In this document: in pieces, positions 17,641-27,220 of the stretch
How the letters are laid out: every line of letters starts with the position of its first letter
How positions within the stretch are numbered: position 1 is the stretch's first letter
From: an uncultured Lachnospiraceae bacterium
GTDB lineage: Bacteria; Bacillota; Clostridia; UBA1381
Direction of reading: 5' to 3'
NCBI GenBank assembly: GCA_964561265.1
Contig: CAZLOX010000002.1
Location: 1 to 47,443 of the forward strand
Length of the DNA stretch: 47,443 bases
The notes under the pieces: generated by a model
The model's database searches: none
What the model was told of the DNA's origin: nothing
What the model saw: only the letters and a program-made list of their open reading frames with translations
Position numbers and translations under genes: made by a program

Positions 17641-17796
17641 GATAAAAAAGTTTCAAAATAAACTTTTTTGAGTTTATACGTCTGCTGTTTGCTCCGGACA
17701 AGAACAAATTTTTAAATACTGTTGTTATAAACAAATTTATTTATATTGTATTTGTGCATATTATTGTGCATTATGTGATTTATTCAATAAAAATCA

Positions 17797-17825
17797 TTGC
17801 AAATCAAATCAATGTGTGATATAAT
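17797..17825 (+). promoter_or_regulatory. Promoter of the GH43 gene
   Basis: TTGCAA (17797-17802), 17-nt spacer, TATAAT (17820-17825), with TGa extended -10. Confidence 0.55.
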
Positions 17826-17867
17826 TACATCAATATAAATTACATAATGAAAGGACGGGCGTTTAAG

Positions 17868-20800
17868 ATGAATTTAAAAAGAATTACCGCGGCGGTTTTA
17901 ATGTCTGCCGTCTTTGTGGCATCGGTGAATATTCCGCTTGTTTCTGCCGATAATGCTTTTACGGCAAACACGGAAGTGACATTTGAGGAAAACAGCGGAT
18001 ATACACTTGCCGGCGGGGCGGCTATTGATGACGGAAGAAACGGAAAAGCGCTGTCGCTTGACGGAAACGGACAGTATGCGGAAATATCGGATGTTTCGGT
18101 CATTAACAGTATGGAAGGGGATTTTTCCGTAAGCGTGTGGTTTTATCCGGAAAACAATGCAGTATGGACAAGAGTATTTGATATAGGAACAGGTACAGAT
18201 CAGTATATTTTTCTTGCGCCGTCCACGTCATTTAATATTGGAAAACCGCGGTTTGTTGTGAAAACAAAAGATATAGAACAGGTCATAGATTCGGAAAGAG
18301 AATGCGCGCTGGGTATATGGAATAATGTGACAGTTACGCGTGAGGGAAAAGTGACAAAGCTTTATCTGAACGGTATTATTGCAGGGCAGACGACCAATAT
18401 TATATATGATTTTAAAGATTTGGGAAAAACGGATAAGAACTATCTGGGAAAATCTATGTTTGCTCCTGATCCGTATTTCAAAGGTATGATTGATGATTTT
18501 GCAGTATACGATAAGGCTCTTGGGGCGGAAGAAATAAAGGCTATGGCAGGAGAAGCATATGAAAGAGAACTGGCTTTGATACAAGAAGATACAATATTTG
18601 ACAATAATGCTCTTGATATAAAAACACAGTTTTATGACGCGGATACAAATGATAAAATATTTGTGTATTCAGCAGATCAGAGAGTGACGGCGGAAGTTAC
18701 TCTGCAGAATTTCCGTACAGATTCAACGGATATAACCATTACCGATACTCTCGGCAGTGAACAGAAAATAACGCTTGCTCCGGCGGAACAGTATGTATAT
18801 ACAAAAACATTTGAAGGCAAAGATGCCGCGGAATATTCGGTTTCGGTTTCTGACAGCATGGATAATAAGACCTATGATGCCGGAACGATTGTGAAATCAG
18901 ATGATATGGTATTTCCTCCGGCGTCGCCTGATGACAGCGCAGGCACGGACGGAGCGCATGACCCGTCTGTATTCAAAGATCCGGTATCGGGAACTTATTA
19001 TGTGTATTCATCGCATAATCAGATTTTTAAATCAGAGGATCTGATACATTGGGAAAAGCATTATGTAGAAATATCAATTCCCGACAGCAGCAAGGCATTT
19101 ATTGAGAATAATTACGCGGATACGACGGCAAACGAAACTTATTGGGCGCCTGATGTTATTTATGTTGAAGGAGAAGAATATCCGTATTGGATGTATGTTT
19201 CGGTATCATGTGGATTAGGCGCAAGAAATTCTGTTATTGCGCTTGTGAAATCAAAGACACCGGGATTCTGGACTGATGCTGGAAATGAAGTGCAGGACTG
19301 CGGTGTGGTTATGGCATCAAAAGAAGAAAACGGATACAGAACAAATTCGATAGATGCGAATATTTATACCGACGCTGACGGAAAAAGATATTTTATATGG
19401 GGTTCTTTCTGGGAGGGAATCCATATTGCTCCGCTGGACAACGAAGGCAAGGTTGCCGGAATAGATTACACTTCCGACAAAACCATTCTTTCAAGCGCGA
19501 AAAATTTCGGAACAAGACTATATACCACTCCGGCGGGAGTGGCAGGCCCTGAAGGCCCGTGGCTTATAGATAATGCTGATAACGGTTTCAGATATATGTT
19601 CACGTCATACGGATGGCTCGGATCAAATTATAATGTCAGGATAGCGCGCGCAGGCATTCAGCAAAGTATGGAGGATATTCTGAAAGATAAGCCAAATTCC
19701 GCATTCAAGGACTATAAGAATATCGCTGTCGGCGAGTTTAAGAACAATGAAACAAAATTATGGGGATATAAGCTTATCGGCTCATATCAGCTTGGCGACG
19801 GTATTGTATATGTTGGGCAGGGGCATAACTCGGTTCTGCATGATGATGACGGCAACTGGTATTTTGTAGAGCATTGCCGTAAGGTGGAAGAAGGGCTTGC
19901 ATATCTGCAGGTAAGAAAACTGCTCTGGACTGAGGACGGCTGGCCGGTTGTTTCGCCGATGGTATACGCGGGTGAGAAAGAACAGCCGGTTCCGGAAAGT
20001 CTGCTTTACGGAACGTGGGACTTATCGTCAGTCGGACATACTATAATGCAGAACGGTGTAACGGCAAATAATTCCGCCGCTCACAGAGGTTCAGACCTGC
20101 CGGTGTTATCTTCGCAGATAATTCTGGAAAAGGGCGGTACTCTCGCAAATGATCTGGGAACATGGAGTTATGACAATGACCATACGATTACAGTTACTTT
20201 CGCAAAGAACGGCGATGAGGGCAAGTATGAATTTTATAAAAACGGCGATACAATGAAGTTGTTTGTACTTGCCGGATATGACAAGGATAAAAGAGAATCC
20301 GCGCTTGTTATGACCGGTACGGATCAGAACGGCATTACGCAGTTTGCAAAGAAAAACAATGCGGCGGCATCGTATACCGATAAGTACACAAACGCTCCTT
20401 ATACAGGAACAACTGTGCCGTCTGCAATAGACAAGAGTGCCGGCGGCAACCCTGTACTTGGCTTTGACGATAAAGGCAATATCCTTTACGGAGGCGATCC
20501 TGCCGCGCTTGTTGACGGTGATACTGTGTATATTTATGCGGGACATGATACCGCATCCGGAACGGATTATATGATGCCGGAATGGGTGGCATATTCATCG
20601 AAGGATATGAAAAACTGGAAATATGAAGGCAGCGTTATGAAAGCGTCCGATATTTCATGGAGAAATGTTGAGAATGCCGCATGGGCAAGTCAGGCTGTAA
20701 AATATAACGGCAAGTATTATCTGTATTTCTGCACATGGGATAAAACAGCGGAAGGTAAGCAGTCGATAGGAGTTGCCGTTTCTGATTCGGCGACAGGGCC

Positions 20801-22118
20801 TTTTAAGGATATCGGAAAGCCAATCGTAAAAGGAACAGTTACAGAGCCGGAAACAAGCGGATGGAATGATATTGACCCGACTGTATGGATTGAAACAGTG
20901 GACGGTGTTGAGCATAGATATCTTGCATGGGGCAACGGAAAATATTATTTGTGCGAACTTAATGAAGATATGATTTCGGTAAAGGATGTTGACGGCGACG
21001 GCAAAATTGATATGAATGATATCCATGAGCAGAGCTTTATCAATATGACCGGACACGGATATACAGAAGGGCCGTGGCTGTACAGACGTCAGGATGAAAA
21101 CGGTAATTACTACGGCAAATATTACACATTTTTTGCGTCTGACTGGCGCGAACAGACTTCATATGCCGTAAGTGATGATCTGTCAAAGAATGAATGGGAA
21201 TACAAGGGCGTTATAATGCCTCCTGTCACAACTTCAAATACAAGTCATCCGTCGGTTATTGATTTTAAAGGCAGGACATATTTCATATATCATAACGGCG
21301 CGCTGACAAACGGCAGCGGATTCAGAAGAAGCGTAGCGATTGAGGAAATGACGTTTGACAATGACGGAAATGTAAATCCGGTCAAGGAAACATCGGTAGG
21401 TCTTACCGGAAGTAAATCTGAAATATTATGCGGCGGACGCAGACTTAATTTTGACACGTTCATAAATTCCTCGTCAGACGCGGATTATCCGATTTCCAAA
21501 AAAGTGAAATTCTCATATACCGTAAGCGGAGATAATACGGAATGGGAAATTCTCAAAGGAAAAGCGAACAGCTCTGATGAAACGTATGTGTCAATTCAGG
21601 CGGTGAATAAACCGGGACTGTACCTTTCGGCAAAGGACGGCAGAGTGGTTCTGACGCAGGATGATGACGGAAAACAGGCAAAGAATATGACTTTCAGAAC
21701 GGTAAAGAGTATTGCCGGAGGAGAGGGAATAAGTCTTGAAAGTCTGTCAGATCCGGGATATTTTGTGACATCGTCATCTGACGGATTGATTCTCACAAAG
21801 GGCGAATATCCGGCGGCGTGCGAATTTTATATAGACAGACTGACCGCTCCGGCTGATTATATATCAAAGCTGGAGATTAGTTCTGACGAAGGCGGAAAAA
21901 TAAATTTTGCGTCTGATTATGTGACAGAAACAGAAGCGCCGGATTTCTATGTTGCGCTGTATGATGAGAATAATACCATGGTAGGGTGCAGTATGAATAA
22001 AAATGGCAGTTTTGAGGTAAGCGGCACTGATAAAACATATACTGTCAAAGCGTTTTTATGGGATAATGAAATGAAACCGCTGTGCGAAACTAAAAAGATA
22101 GATGTAACAGCCGGTTAA
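17868..22118 (+). CDS. Secreted multidomain arabinan/arabinoxylan-active enzyme: signal peptide, LamG/concanavalin-like domain, GH43 (endo-arabinanase-like), second GH43 (arabinofuranosidase/xylosidase-like), AbfB/CBM42-like domain, C-terminal ~90-aa module
   Basis: - **LamG_3-like motifs:** FSVSVWFYP...VFDIG..DQYIFLAP...LYLNG...MIDDFAVYDKAL.
- **First GH43:** AHDPSVFKD..GTYYVY, YWAPDVIY.
- **Second GH43:** GGDPAALVDGDTVYIY, NGKYYLYF, DPTVW, TEGPWLY.
- **AbfB-like:** LYLSAKDGRVVLTQDD...FRTV...GYFVT.

The signal peptide begins at MNLKRITAAVL, so the start is either the ATG 17868 or the ATG 17847. Confidence 0.85.
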   Translation: MNLKRITAAVLMSAVFVASVNIPLVSADNAFTANTEVTFEENSGYTLAGGAAIDDGRNGKALSLDGNGQYAEISDVSVINSMEGDFSVSVWFYPENNAVWTRVFDIGTGTDQYIFLAPSTSFNIGKPRFVVKTKDIEQVIDSERECALGIWNNVTVTREGKVTKLYLNGIIAGQTTNIIYDFKDLGKTDKNYLGKSMFAPDPYFKGMIDDFAVYDKALGAEEIKAMAGEAYERELALIQEDTIFDNNALDIKTQFYDADTNDKIFVYSADQRVTAEVTLQNFRTDSTDITITDTLGSEQKITLAPAEQYVYTKTFEGKDAAEYSVSVSDSMDNKTYDAGTIVKSDDMVFPPASPDDSAGTDGAHDPSVFKDPVSGTYYVYSSHNQIFKSEDLIHWEKHYVEISIPDSSKAFIENNYADTTANETYWAPDVIYVEGEEYPYWMYVSVSCGLGARNSVIALVKSKTPGFWTDAGNEVQDCGVVMASKEENGYRTNSIDANIYTDADGKRYFIWGSFWEGIHIAPLDNEGKVAGIDYTSDKTILSSAKNFGTRLYTTPAGVAGPEGPWLIDNADNGFRYMFTSYGWLGSNYNVRIARAGIQQSMEDILKDKPNSAFKDYKNIAVGEFKNNETKLWGYKLIGSYQLGDGIVYVGQGHNSVLHDDDGNWYFVEHCRKVEEGLAYLQVRKLLWTEDGWPVVSPMVYAGEKEQPVPESLLYGTWDLSSVGHTIMQNGVTANNSAAHRGSDLPVLSSQIILEKGGTLANDLGTWSYDNDHTITVTFAKNGDEGKYEFYKNGDTMKLFVLAGYDKDKRESALVMTGTDQNGITQFAKKNNAAASYTDKYTNAPYTGTTVPSAIDKSAGGNPVLGFDDKGNILYGGDPAALVDGDTVYIYAGHDTASGTDYMMPEWVAYSSKDMKNWKYEGSVMKASDISWRNVENAAWASQAVKYNGKYYLYFCTWDKTAEGKQSIGVAVSDSATGPFKDIGKPIVKGTVTEPETSGWNDIDPTVWIETVDGVEHRYLAWGNGKYYLCELNEDMISVKDVDGDGKIDMNDIHEQSFINMTGHGYTEGPWLYRRQDENGNYYGKYYTFFASDWREQTSYAVSDDLSKNEWEYKGVIMPPVTTSNTSHPSVIDFKGRTYFIYHNGALTNGSGFRRSVAIEEMTFDNDGNVNPVKETSVGLTGSKSEILCGGRRLNFDTFINSSSDADYPISKKVKFSYTVSGDNTEWEILKGKANSSDETYVSIQAVNKPGLYLSAKDGRVVLTQDDDGKQAKNMTFRTVKSIAGGEGISLESLSDPGYFVTSSSDGLILTKGEYPAACEFYIDRLTAPADYISKLEISSDEGGKINFASDYVTETEAPDFYVALYDENNTMVGCSMNKNGSFEVSGTDKTYTVKAFLWDNEMKPLCETKKIDVTAG

Positions 22119-22133
22119 TGCAGAATAAGAAGA

Positions 22134-22164
22134 GGAACAGACTGCTTTGCGGTCTGTTCCTTTT
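22134..22164. terminator. Terminator between convergent GH43 and C-S lyase genes
   Basis: Stem GGAACAGAC / GTCTGTTCC with a 9-nt loop, followed by TTTT. Confidence 0.7.
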
Positions 22165-22176
22165 AAATTGAGTTAT

Positions 22177-23370
22177 TTATGAATGTGAAGCGGAATTATT
22201 GTAAATCATCATTTTATTGATTCCATTTTTTAGCCTGTTCAGTCCGTCATAAATCCGCTCTCTCGGACACGCAATATTCATACGCAGAAAATATCTTCCG
22301 TCTCCGCCGAACTGTTCTCCGGCGCTCAGATACAGGCCGGTTTTTTCTCTTATAAATTCCGCGGTGTATGCCGAATCATCTGAAACAGCCGAAATATCCA
22401 GCCACAGGAGATATGTTGCGTCAGAGTTTACAACGCTGATTGCAGGTATTTCTTTTTCAATAAAATCAATGACTGCTTTTTTGTTGCCGTCAAGATATTC
22501 ACGAAGCGACTCAAGCCATTGTTCACCGTGCGAAAAAGCGGCAACAGCGGCGGAAACAGCAAAAAAGTTAGGCTCTGCAACTTCATCGGTATTCAGACCG
22601 CGGTTTACCTTATGACGCAGAAAGTTATCAGGTACACATGCGGCGGCCGTCTGTATTCCTGCCATGTTAAATGCCTTTGTCGGAGCAAAGCAGGAAATTG
22701 AATTTTTGCGGCAGATTTCTGATACCGACGCGAACGGAGTATATTCCAGTCCGGGATATGTCAGGTCGCAGTGAATTTCATCCGATACTACGATAACATT
22801 GTTTTCATAGCACAAATTTCCGATACGTTCAAGAGTTTCCTTATCCCAGACTATTCCGGCAGGGTTATGCGGATTGCACAGGAACATCATAGTTGTCTGA
22901 GGATTTGCAAGTTTTTCTTCCAGATCCTTGAAATCAATATGATATCTTTTATTTTCATAGATAAGCTTATTTTCAACAACATTCCTGCCGTTATTTACGA
23001 TTGAATTAAAAAATATATTGTATACCGGAGTCTGCACAAGGACATTTTCTCCCGGTGTGGTGAGTTTCCGCACTACGCTTGACAAAATGGGCACTACTCC
23101 GGTCGCAAAAATAAGCCAGTCCGTTTCTATAGTGAAATTATGACGTTTTTTCCACCATCCGGTATAGGCGTCATACCATTCATCTGTAACAACTGAGTAG
23201 CCGTAAATACCGTGTTCCGCTCTTTTTTTCAGAGCGTCTTTTATTTCGGGCGCGGTTTCAAAATCCATATCAGCAACCCACATAGGCAGTTCGCCGTCTT
23301 TAACGTCCCATTTCAAAGAGCCTGTTCCGGTTCTGTCAGCCGGATTGTCAAAATTATATTTATTGCTCAC
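22177..23370 (-). CDS. MalY/PatB-family PLP-dependent C-S lyase (cystathionine beta-lyase-like aminotransferase class I/II)
   Basis: N-terminus FDNPADRTGTGSLKWD, WVADMDF, NPHNPAG, and the PLP-lysine region APTKAFNMAG. Confidence 0.85.
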   Translation of the reverse strand: MSNKYNFDNPADRTGTGSLKWDVKDGELPMWVADMDFETAPEIKDALKKRAEHGIYGYSVVTDEWYDAYTGWWKKRHNFTIETDWLIFATGVVPILSSVVRKLTTPGENVLVQTPVYNIFFNSIVNNGRNVVENKLIYENKRYHIDFKDLEEKLANPQTTMMFLCNPHNPAGIVWDKETLERIGNLCYENNVIVVSDEIHCDLTYPGLEYTPFASVSEICRKNSISCFAPTKAFNMAGIQTAAACVPDNFLRHKVNRGLNTDEVAEPNFFAVSAAVAAFSHGEQWLESLREYLDGNKKAVIDFIEKEIPAISVVNSDATYLLWLDISAVSDDSAYTAEFIREKTGLYLSAGEQFGGDGRYFLRMNIACPRERIYDGLNRLKNGINKMMIYNNSASHS

Positions 23371-24220
23371 AGCCGGTATCCTCCTTTATAATTATCTCGG
23401 TATCCGACGGGTTTATTTTATCCTTTTCCATTATAAGCTCATCAATTCCGGCGGCGCGGATTATTCCGCTTTTCGGATTTATCACACTGTCAATCCTGCT
23501 TGTTATATCAGCGTCAACCGAAGAATATTCAAAGGCGAGGGTAGTGTTTATAAGCTTGCAGTTTTTCATAACAAGGTTTTCTATATAACACATACCCTGC
23601 AGACTTTCCACAGTACAGTCAACAAGAGTTAGATTTTTTGCGTTCCATCCTAAATATTCGCCTGAAATGAATGAATTATGTACTGTTATATTTTCTGAAT
23701 TCCAGAATGCGTCCTTTGAAAGTATTTTTGCGTTGTTTATGGTTATGTTTTTTGCGCCGTCAAAGGAGTAGTTGCCGGTGAGAGTAAAATCATCAATATC
23801 CATATTTTCGCATCCCATAGCGAAATAATCTCCGTTTGCGCACACTTTCTCCATTCTGACATCACTGCAGTTCCAGAGCGTTTCCTCGGCGTGCGGAATT
23901 GAAACATTTTTCAGACTGATATGGTTTGCGCGTCTGAATGTTTTGGGCGCGTCTATGGTGACATTGTCCATATCTATATTATCGGTATACCATATCCCCG
24001 CGCGTGCGGTGTTAAAGAGAGTGCAGTCCTTCAAATATATATTCCTGCTGTACCAGAGAGGATATTTCCATCTGAACATACTTTGATACAAATTAATATT
24101 TCTGCTTTCCTTTAAAGGAGATTCGCCGTCATCAAAAACGGAATCGTATATATTCAGACTGTCTGCCTGAAACAAGGCGCGTTCTCCTGTAAATATCTTT
24201 TGTTTTAGTGAATCAAACAC
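23360..24220 (-). CDS. Beta-helix repeat protein resembling the DUF3737 family (function unknown)
   Basis: Repetitive pattern of short beta-helix-like repeats (N.T..N/D....) and an N-terminal GERALF motif that I associate with DUF3737. GTG start after AAAGGA. It overlaps the downstream lyase gene by 11 nt, which suggests an operon. Confidence 0.5.
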   Translation of the reverse strand: MFDSLKQKIFTGERALFQADSLNIYDSVFDDGESPLKESRNINLYQSMFRWKYPLWYSRNIYLKDCTLFNTARAGIWYTDNIDMDNVTIDAPKTFRRANHISLKNVSIPHAEETLWNCSDVRMEKVCANGDYFAMGCENMDIDDFTLTGNYSFDGAKNITINNAKILSKDAFWNSENITVHNSFISGEYLGWNAKNLTLVDCTVESLQGMCYIENLVMKNCKLINTTLAFEYSSVDADITSRIDSVINPKSGIIRAAGIDELIMEKDKINPSDTEIIIKEDTGCEQ

Positions 24221-24481
24221 AAAATCAGTTCCTTTCTGATAATTTTTTATTAAGATAATTATAACACATTATATGATTTATGTCTATCCTGTTTTAAGGA
24301 AAAATTTTTGAGGGAGGATAAAGTGTGGATAAAATTTAAAAAAATATTTTTTTATGTGGAACAATATCTCTTTTCACTTCGTCTAAGTATATAAGTAAAC
24401 ACTGAATAAGCGAAAAAGAGGTTAAGTGCAGTAGGAATTTTTTGCCGGTGTTTTATAAATAATTTAAGAGGAGCGATATAT

Positions 24482-26719
24482 ATGAGAAAAAGAAAAATTT
24501 TTCTGGCGGCAGCGGCGGCATTTATATTATGTATGCCTATTTTGGTGTCACACGCGGACAAACCCGAGGAAGTTTTATCGGAGGAAAAAATACTTTCAGG
24601 CTATCCGGACGGAGAACTTCACCTTGAAAACAATGTTACACGCGCTGAATTTGCAAAAATGCTTATGGAAACACTGGAGAAAAGCGGTATAAACGCGGAT
24701 GACAGCGGAAAGAACATCATTTTTGCCGATGTCGGCGCAGACCACTGGGCGTATAATTATATACAGAAGGCCGTAAATGCCGGAATTATAAACGGTATTG
24801 ATGAACACACATTTGCGCCGGATGCGAATATTACATATGAGCAGGCTGTAAAAATGACAATGTCGGCGTTTGAGTATATTTCATTTTATGCGAATTATCC
24901 GGCTGACTATATTTCAGAGGCGATAGACGGCGGTTATCTGTACGGAGTAAAGGCGCTGTCCGGAGAATTTATCACACGGAGCGACGCCGCAAATCTTTTA
25001 TACAATGCCCTTGAAAAATCAAGGAACGAAACGGAAATAAGTGGAGTTCGGTATTCGAGTTCAAGCATTGCAAACGGAGCAGGGGGAATGAGCGGAGGCG
25101 GAGGCGGTGCTGCTATGCAGAAGTTTTCATCAGCGTCGGGCGCGCCTATGGCAGGCGGCGCGGTCTTGATGGAAAGCGCAATGACGGATATGGAGATGGC
25201 GCCGGCAAGCGCGGTATATATCGGAGAAAATCATTATTCTCTGCCTTTCAATACCGAAGAATATATAAAAGAAGCGGAAAATGTATTCAAAAACGCATCC
25301 ATATCACCGCTTTCAACATTCTCTATTGATGTTGATACAGCGTCATACAGCAATATTCGCAGATTTATTCTTAATAACAAAAAACCGGACGCGGGTTCTG
25401 TGCGGACAGAAGAAATGATAAATTATTTTGATTATGACTATGAACTTCCGACAGACGGAACGCCTTTTTCGGTCACAACAGAATTATCCTCATGCCCGTG
25501 GAACAGCGACAATAAACTTGCGCTTATAGCGGTAAAGGGCGATGAAATTCCGGACGAGGAAAGAAAACCGAATAATATAGTATTTCTGGTAGACGTTTCA
25601 GGGTCGATGTATGACGAGAATAAACTCCCGCTTGTACAGCGTTCGCTGTCCATGATGCTTGAAAAACTGGATTCGAGGGATACAATATCAATAGTAACTT
25701 ATGCAAGCGGTACAGGAATTGCTCTGGACAGTGAAAATGCCGAAAACGCCGATAAAATCAAGGAAGTTTTGTTTTCACTGCGCGCCGGAGGCGGTACGGC
25801 AGGAAGTGACGGATTAAATCTTGCATACAGTCTTGCCGAGAAAAATAAAATTGACGGAAACAACAGAATTATTCTCTGTACAGACGGCGATTTCAATATA
25901 GGGCCATCCTCCACAGCGGAACTTGAACAGCTTATCGAGGAAAAACGCAAGAGCGGAATTTATCTGAGCGTGCTTGGATTCGGTATGGGAAATTACAAAG
26001 ACAGCCGTATGGAAACGCTTGCCGACAAGGGCAACGGGAATTACGCTTATATTGATAATATAAAAGAAGCGAAAAAGGTATTGGTCGATGAAATGACAAA
26101 GACTATATACACAATAGCAAAGGATGTAAAGATACAGGTAGAATTTAATCCGGAACTTGTCAAGGAATACCGCCTTGTCGGATATGAAAACAGAAAACTT
26201 AATAATGAGGATTTTGACAATGACGCAAAGGATGCCGGCGAACTCGGAGCCGGAAGTGTTGTAACGGCATTGTATGAGATTGTGCCGGTGGACGGAATAC
26301 AGGAAAATTCGTTAAGATATCAGACAAGCGATACAAACGGTTCGGACGAGTATATGTTTGTAAAACTTCGCTATAAAGACCCTGACGGCGAGGAAAGCAA
26401 ACTCATTGAACACGCGGTATCGGAAGAAACGGAATACACAAGCGATAATTTCAGATTTGCCTCTGCCGTTGCGGAATTTGCTATGATTCTGAATAATTCG
26501 GAATTTAAAAATACATCAGACATCGACAGCGTTATTGAACTTGCCGAAAGCGCGGTAGGGGAGGACAAATTCGGACTTCGGACTGAATTTTTACAGCTTG
26601 TTGATTTATACAGATATATAGAAAATGCTCAGGATAAAGATTTTCATGTTGATGAATATAATGCTGATGAATATGACATTGACGCAGAGTCATCGCCGTT
26701 CACATTCTTGCAGAAATAA
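24482..26719 (+). CDS. Secreted SLH-domain protein fused to a YfbK-like von Willebrand factor A module
   Basis: Signal peptide, then two SLH-like repeats (GYPDGELHLENNVTRAEFAKML; FADVGADHWAYNYIQKAVNAGIINGIDEHTFAPDANITYEQAVKM) and a Gly/Ala/Met linker. This is followed by the vWA N-terminal region (LSTFSIDVDTASYSNIRRFI...EEMINYF), the MIDAS motif (FLVDVSGSM) and a DUF3520-like C-terminus. Confidence 0.8.
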   Translation: MRKRKIFLAAAAAFILCMPILVSHADKPEEVLSEEKILSGYPDGELHLENNVTRAEFAKMLMETLEKSGINADDSGKNIIFADVGADHWAYNYIQKAVNAGIINGIDEHTFAPDANITYEQAVKMTMSAFEYISFYANYPADYISEAIDGGYLYGVKALSGEFITRSDAANLLYNALEKSRNETEISGVRYSSSSIANGAGGMSGGGGGAAMQKFSSASGAPMAGGAVLMESAMTDMEMAPASAVYIGENHYSLPFNTEEYIKEAENVFKNASISPLSTFSIDVDTASYSNIRRFILNNKKPDAGSVRTEEMINYFDYDYELPTDGTPFSVTTELSSCPWNSDNKLALIAVKGDEIPDEERKPNNIVFLVDVSGSMYDENKLPLVQRSLSMMLEKLDSRDTISIVTYASGTGIALDSENAENADKIKEVLFSLRAGGGTAGSDGLNLAYSLAEKNKIDGNNRIILCTDGDFNIGPSSTAELEQLIEEKRKSGIYLSVLGFGMGNYKDSRMETLADKGNGNYAYIDNIKEAKKVLVDEMTKTIYTIAKDVKIQVEFNPELVKEYRLVGYENRKLNNEDFDNDAKDAGELGAGSVVTALYEIVPVDGIQENSLRYQTSDTNGSDEYMFVKLRYKDPDGEESKLIEHAVSEETEYTSDNFRFASAVAEFAMILNNSEFKNTSDIDSVIELAESAVGEDKFGLRTEFLQLVDLYRYIENAQDKDFHVDEYNADEYDIDAESSPFTFLQK

Positions 26720-26744
26720 GTGAAGTATTGATATTCTATTAAAA

Positions 26745-26796
26745 AATCCTGTCCGTAAATAATCTATTTTGATTGGATTGATTTGCGGACAGGATT
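26745..26796. terminator. Large-loop hairpin terminator (bidirectional; repeat family with 37583-37629)
   Basis: Stem AATCCTGTCCG / CGGACAGGATT with a ~30-nt loop. T6 follows on the minus strand, after the pan operon. Confidence 0.6.
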
Positions 26797-26804
26797 TACA
26801 TAAA

Positions 26805-27197
26805 TCAGGTTATTGAAGAATAAGCGGAGAGCAGTATATTTTTTATAAGCAATACCGATGTCTGATCTATTTTTGTATCAAAACTCATTCTTATATCATC
26901 AGACATTCCGCCCATCTGACCGATAAGCCGGACATCATTGATACTGTTCATACACACAGTCAGCCGGCTTTCCGAATCGCTGTCGTTTATGGTGACTTCG
27001 CCGCTGTCTGATTTATAGATTTTATCAAGCTGTTCAGTCAATTCACGGACAGAATCGGCATACAGATAAAATTCCTGCTCACCTGAAAAATTTTTTATTT
27101 GCACCGACAGCAAAAACATAAGATACTCTTTGTTGAAATCATACTGATATTCAAAAAATATTTTTTTATCGCTGTCTTTGTAAACGAGATATTCCAC
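26805..27197 (-). CDS. Hypothetical cytoplasmic protein (130 aa), last gene of the pan cluster
   Basis: ORF lies 23 nt downstream of panD on the same strand. No motif recognised. Confidence 0.5.
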   Translation of the reverse strand: MEYLVYKDSDKKIFFEYQYDFNKEYLMFLLSVQIKNFSGEQEFYLYADSVRELTEQLDKIYKSDSGEVTINDSDSESRLTVCMNSINDVRLIGQMGGMSDDIRMSFDTKIDQTSVLLIKNILLSAYSSIT

Positions 27198-27220
27198 AGC
27201 AAAATCTCCTTATATAAAAT

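Noticed and set aside
17644-17672. AT-only hairpin AAAAAGTTT...AAACTTTTT between the blaI-like and GH43 promoters
   Set aside because: It consists almost entirely of A/T pairs and has low predicted stability. It is probably just AT-rich spacer and not a terminator.
20106-21056. Several 60-150-aa ORFs antisense to, or out of frame within, large genes (e.g. 20106-20546, 20655-21056, 18228-18584, 35501-36049, 40640-41146)
   Set aside because: They are fully embedded in confidently assigned longer CDSs. Their composition is low-complexity or Cys/Arg-rich, which is typical of antisense translation, and they have no SD.
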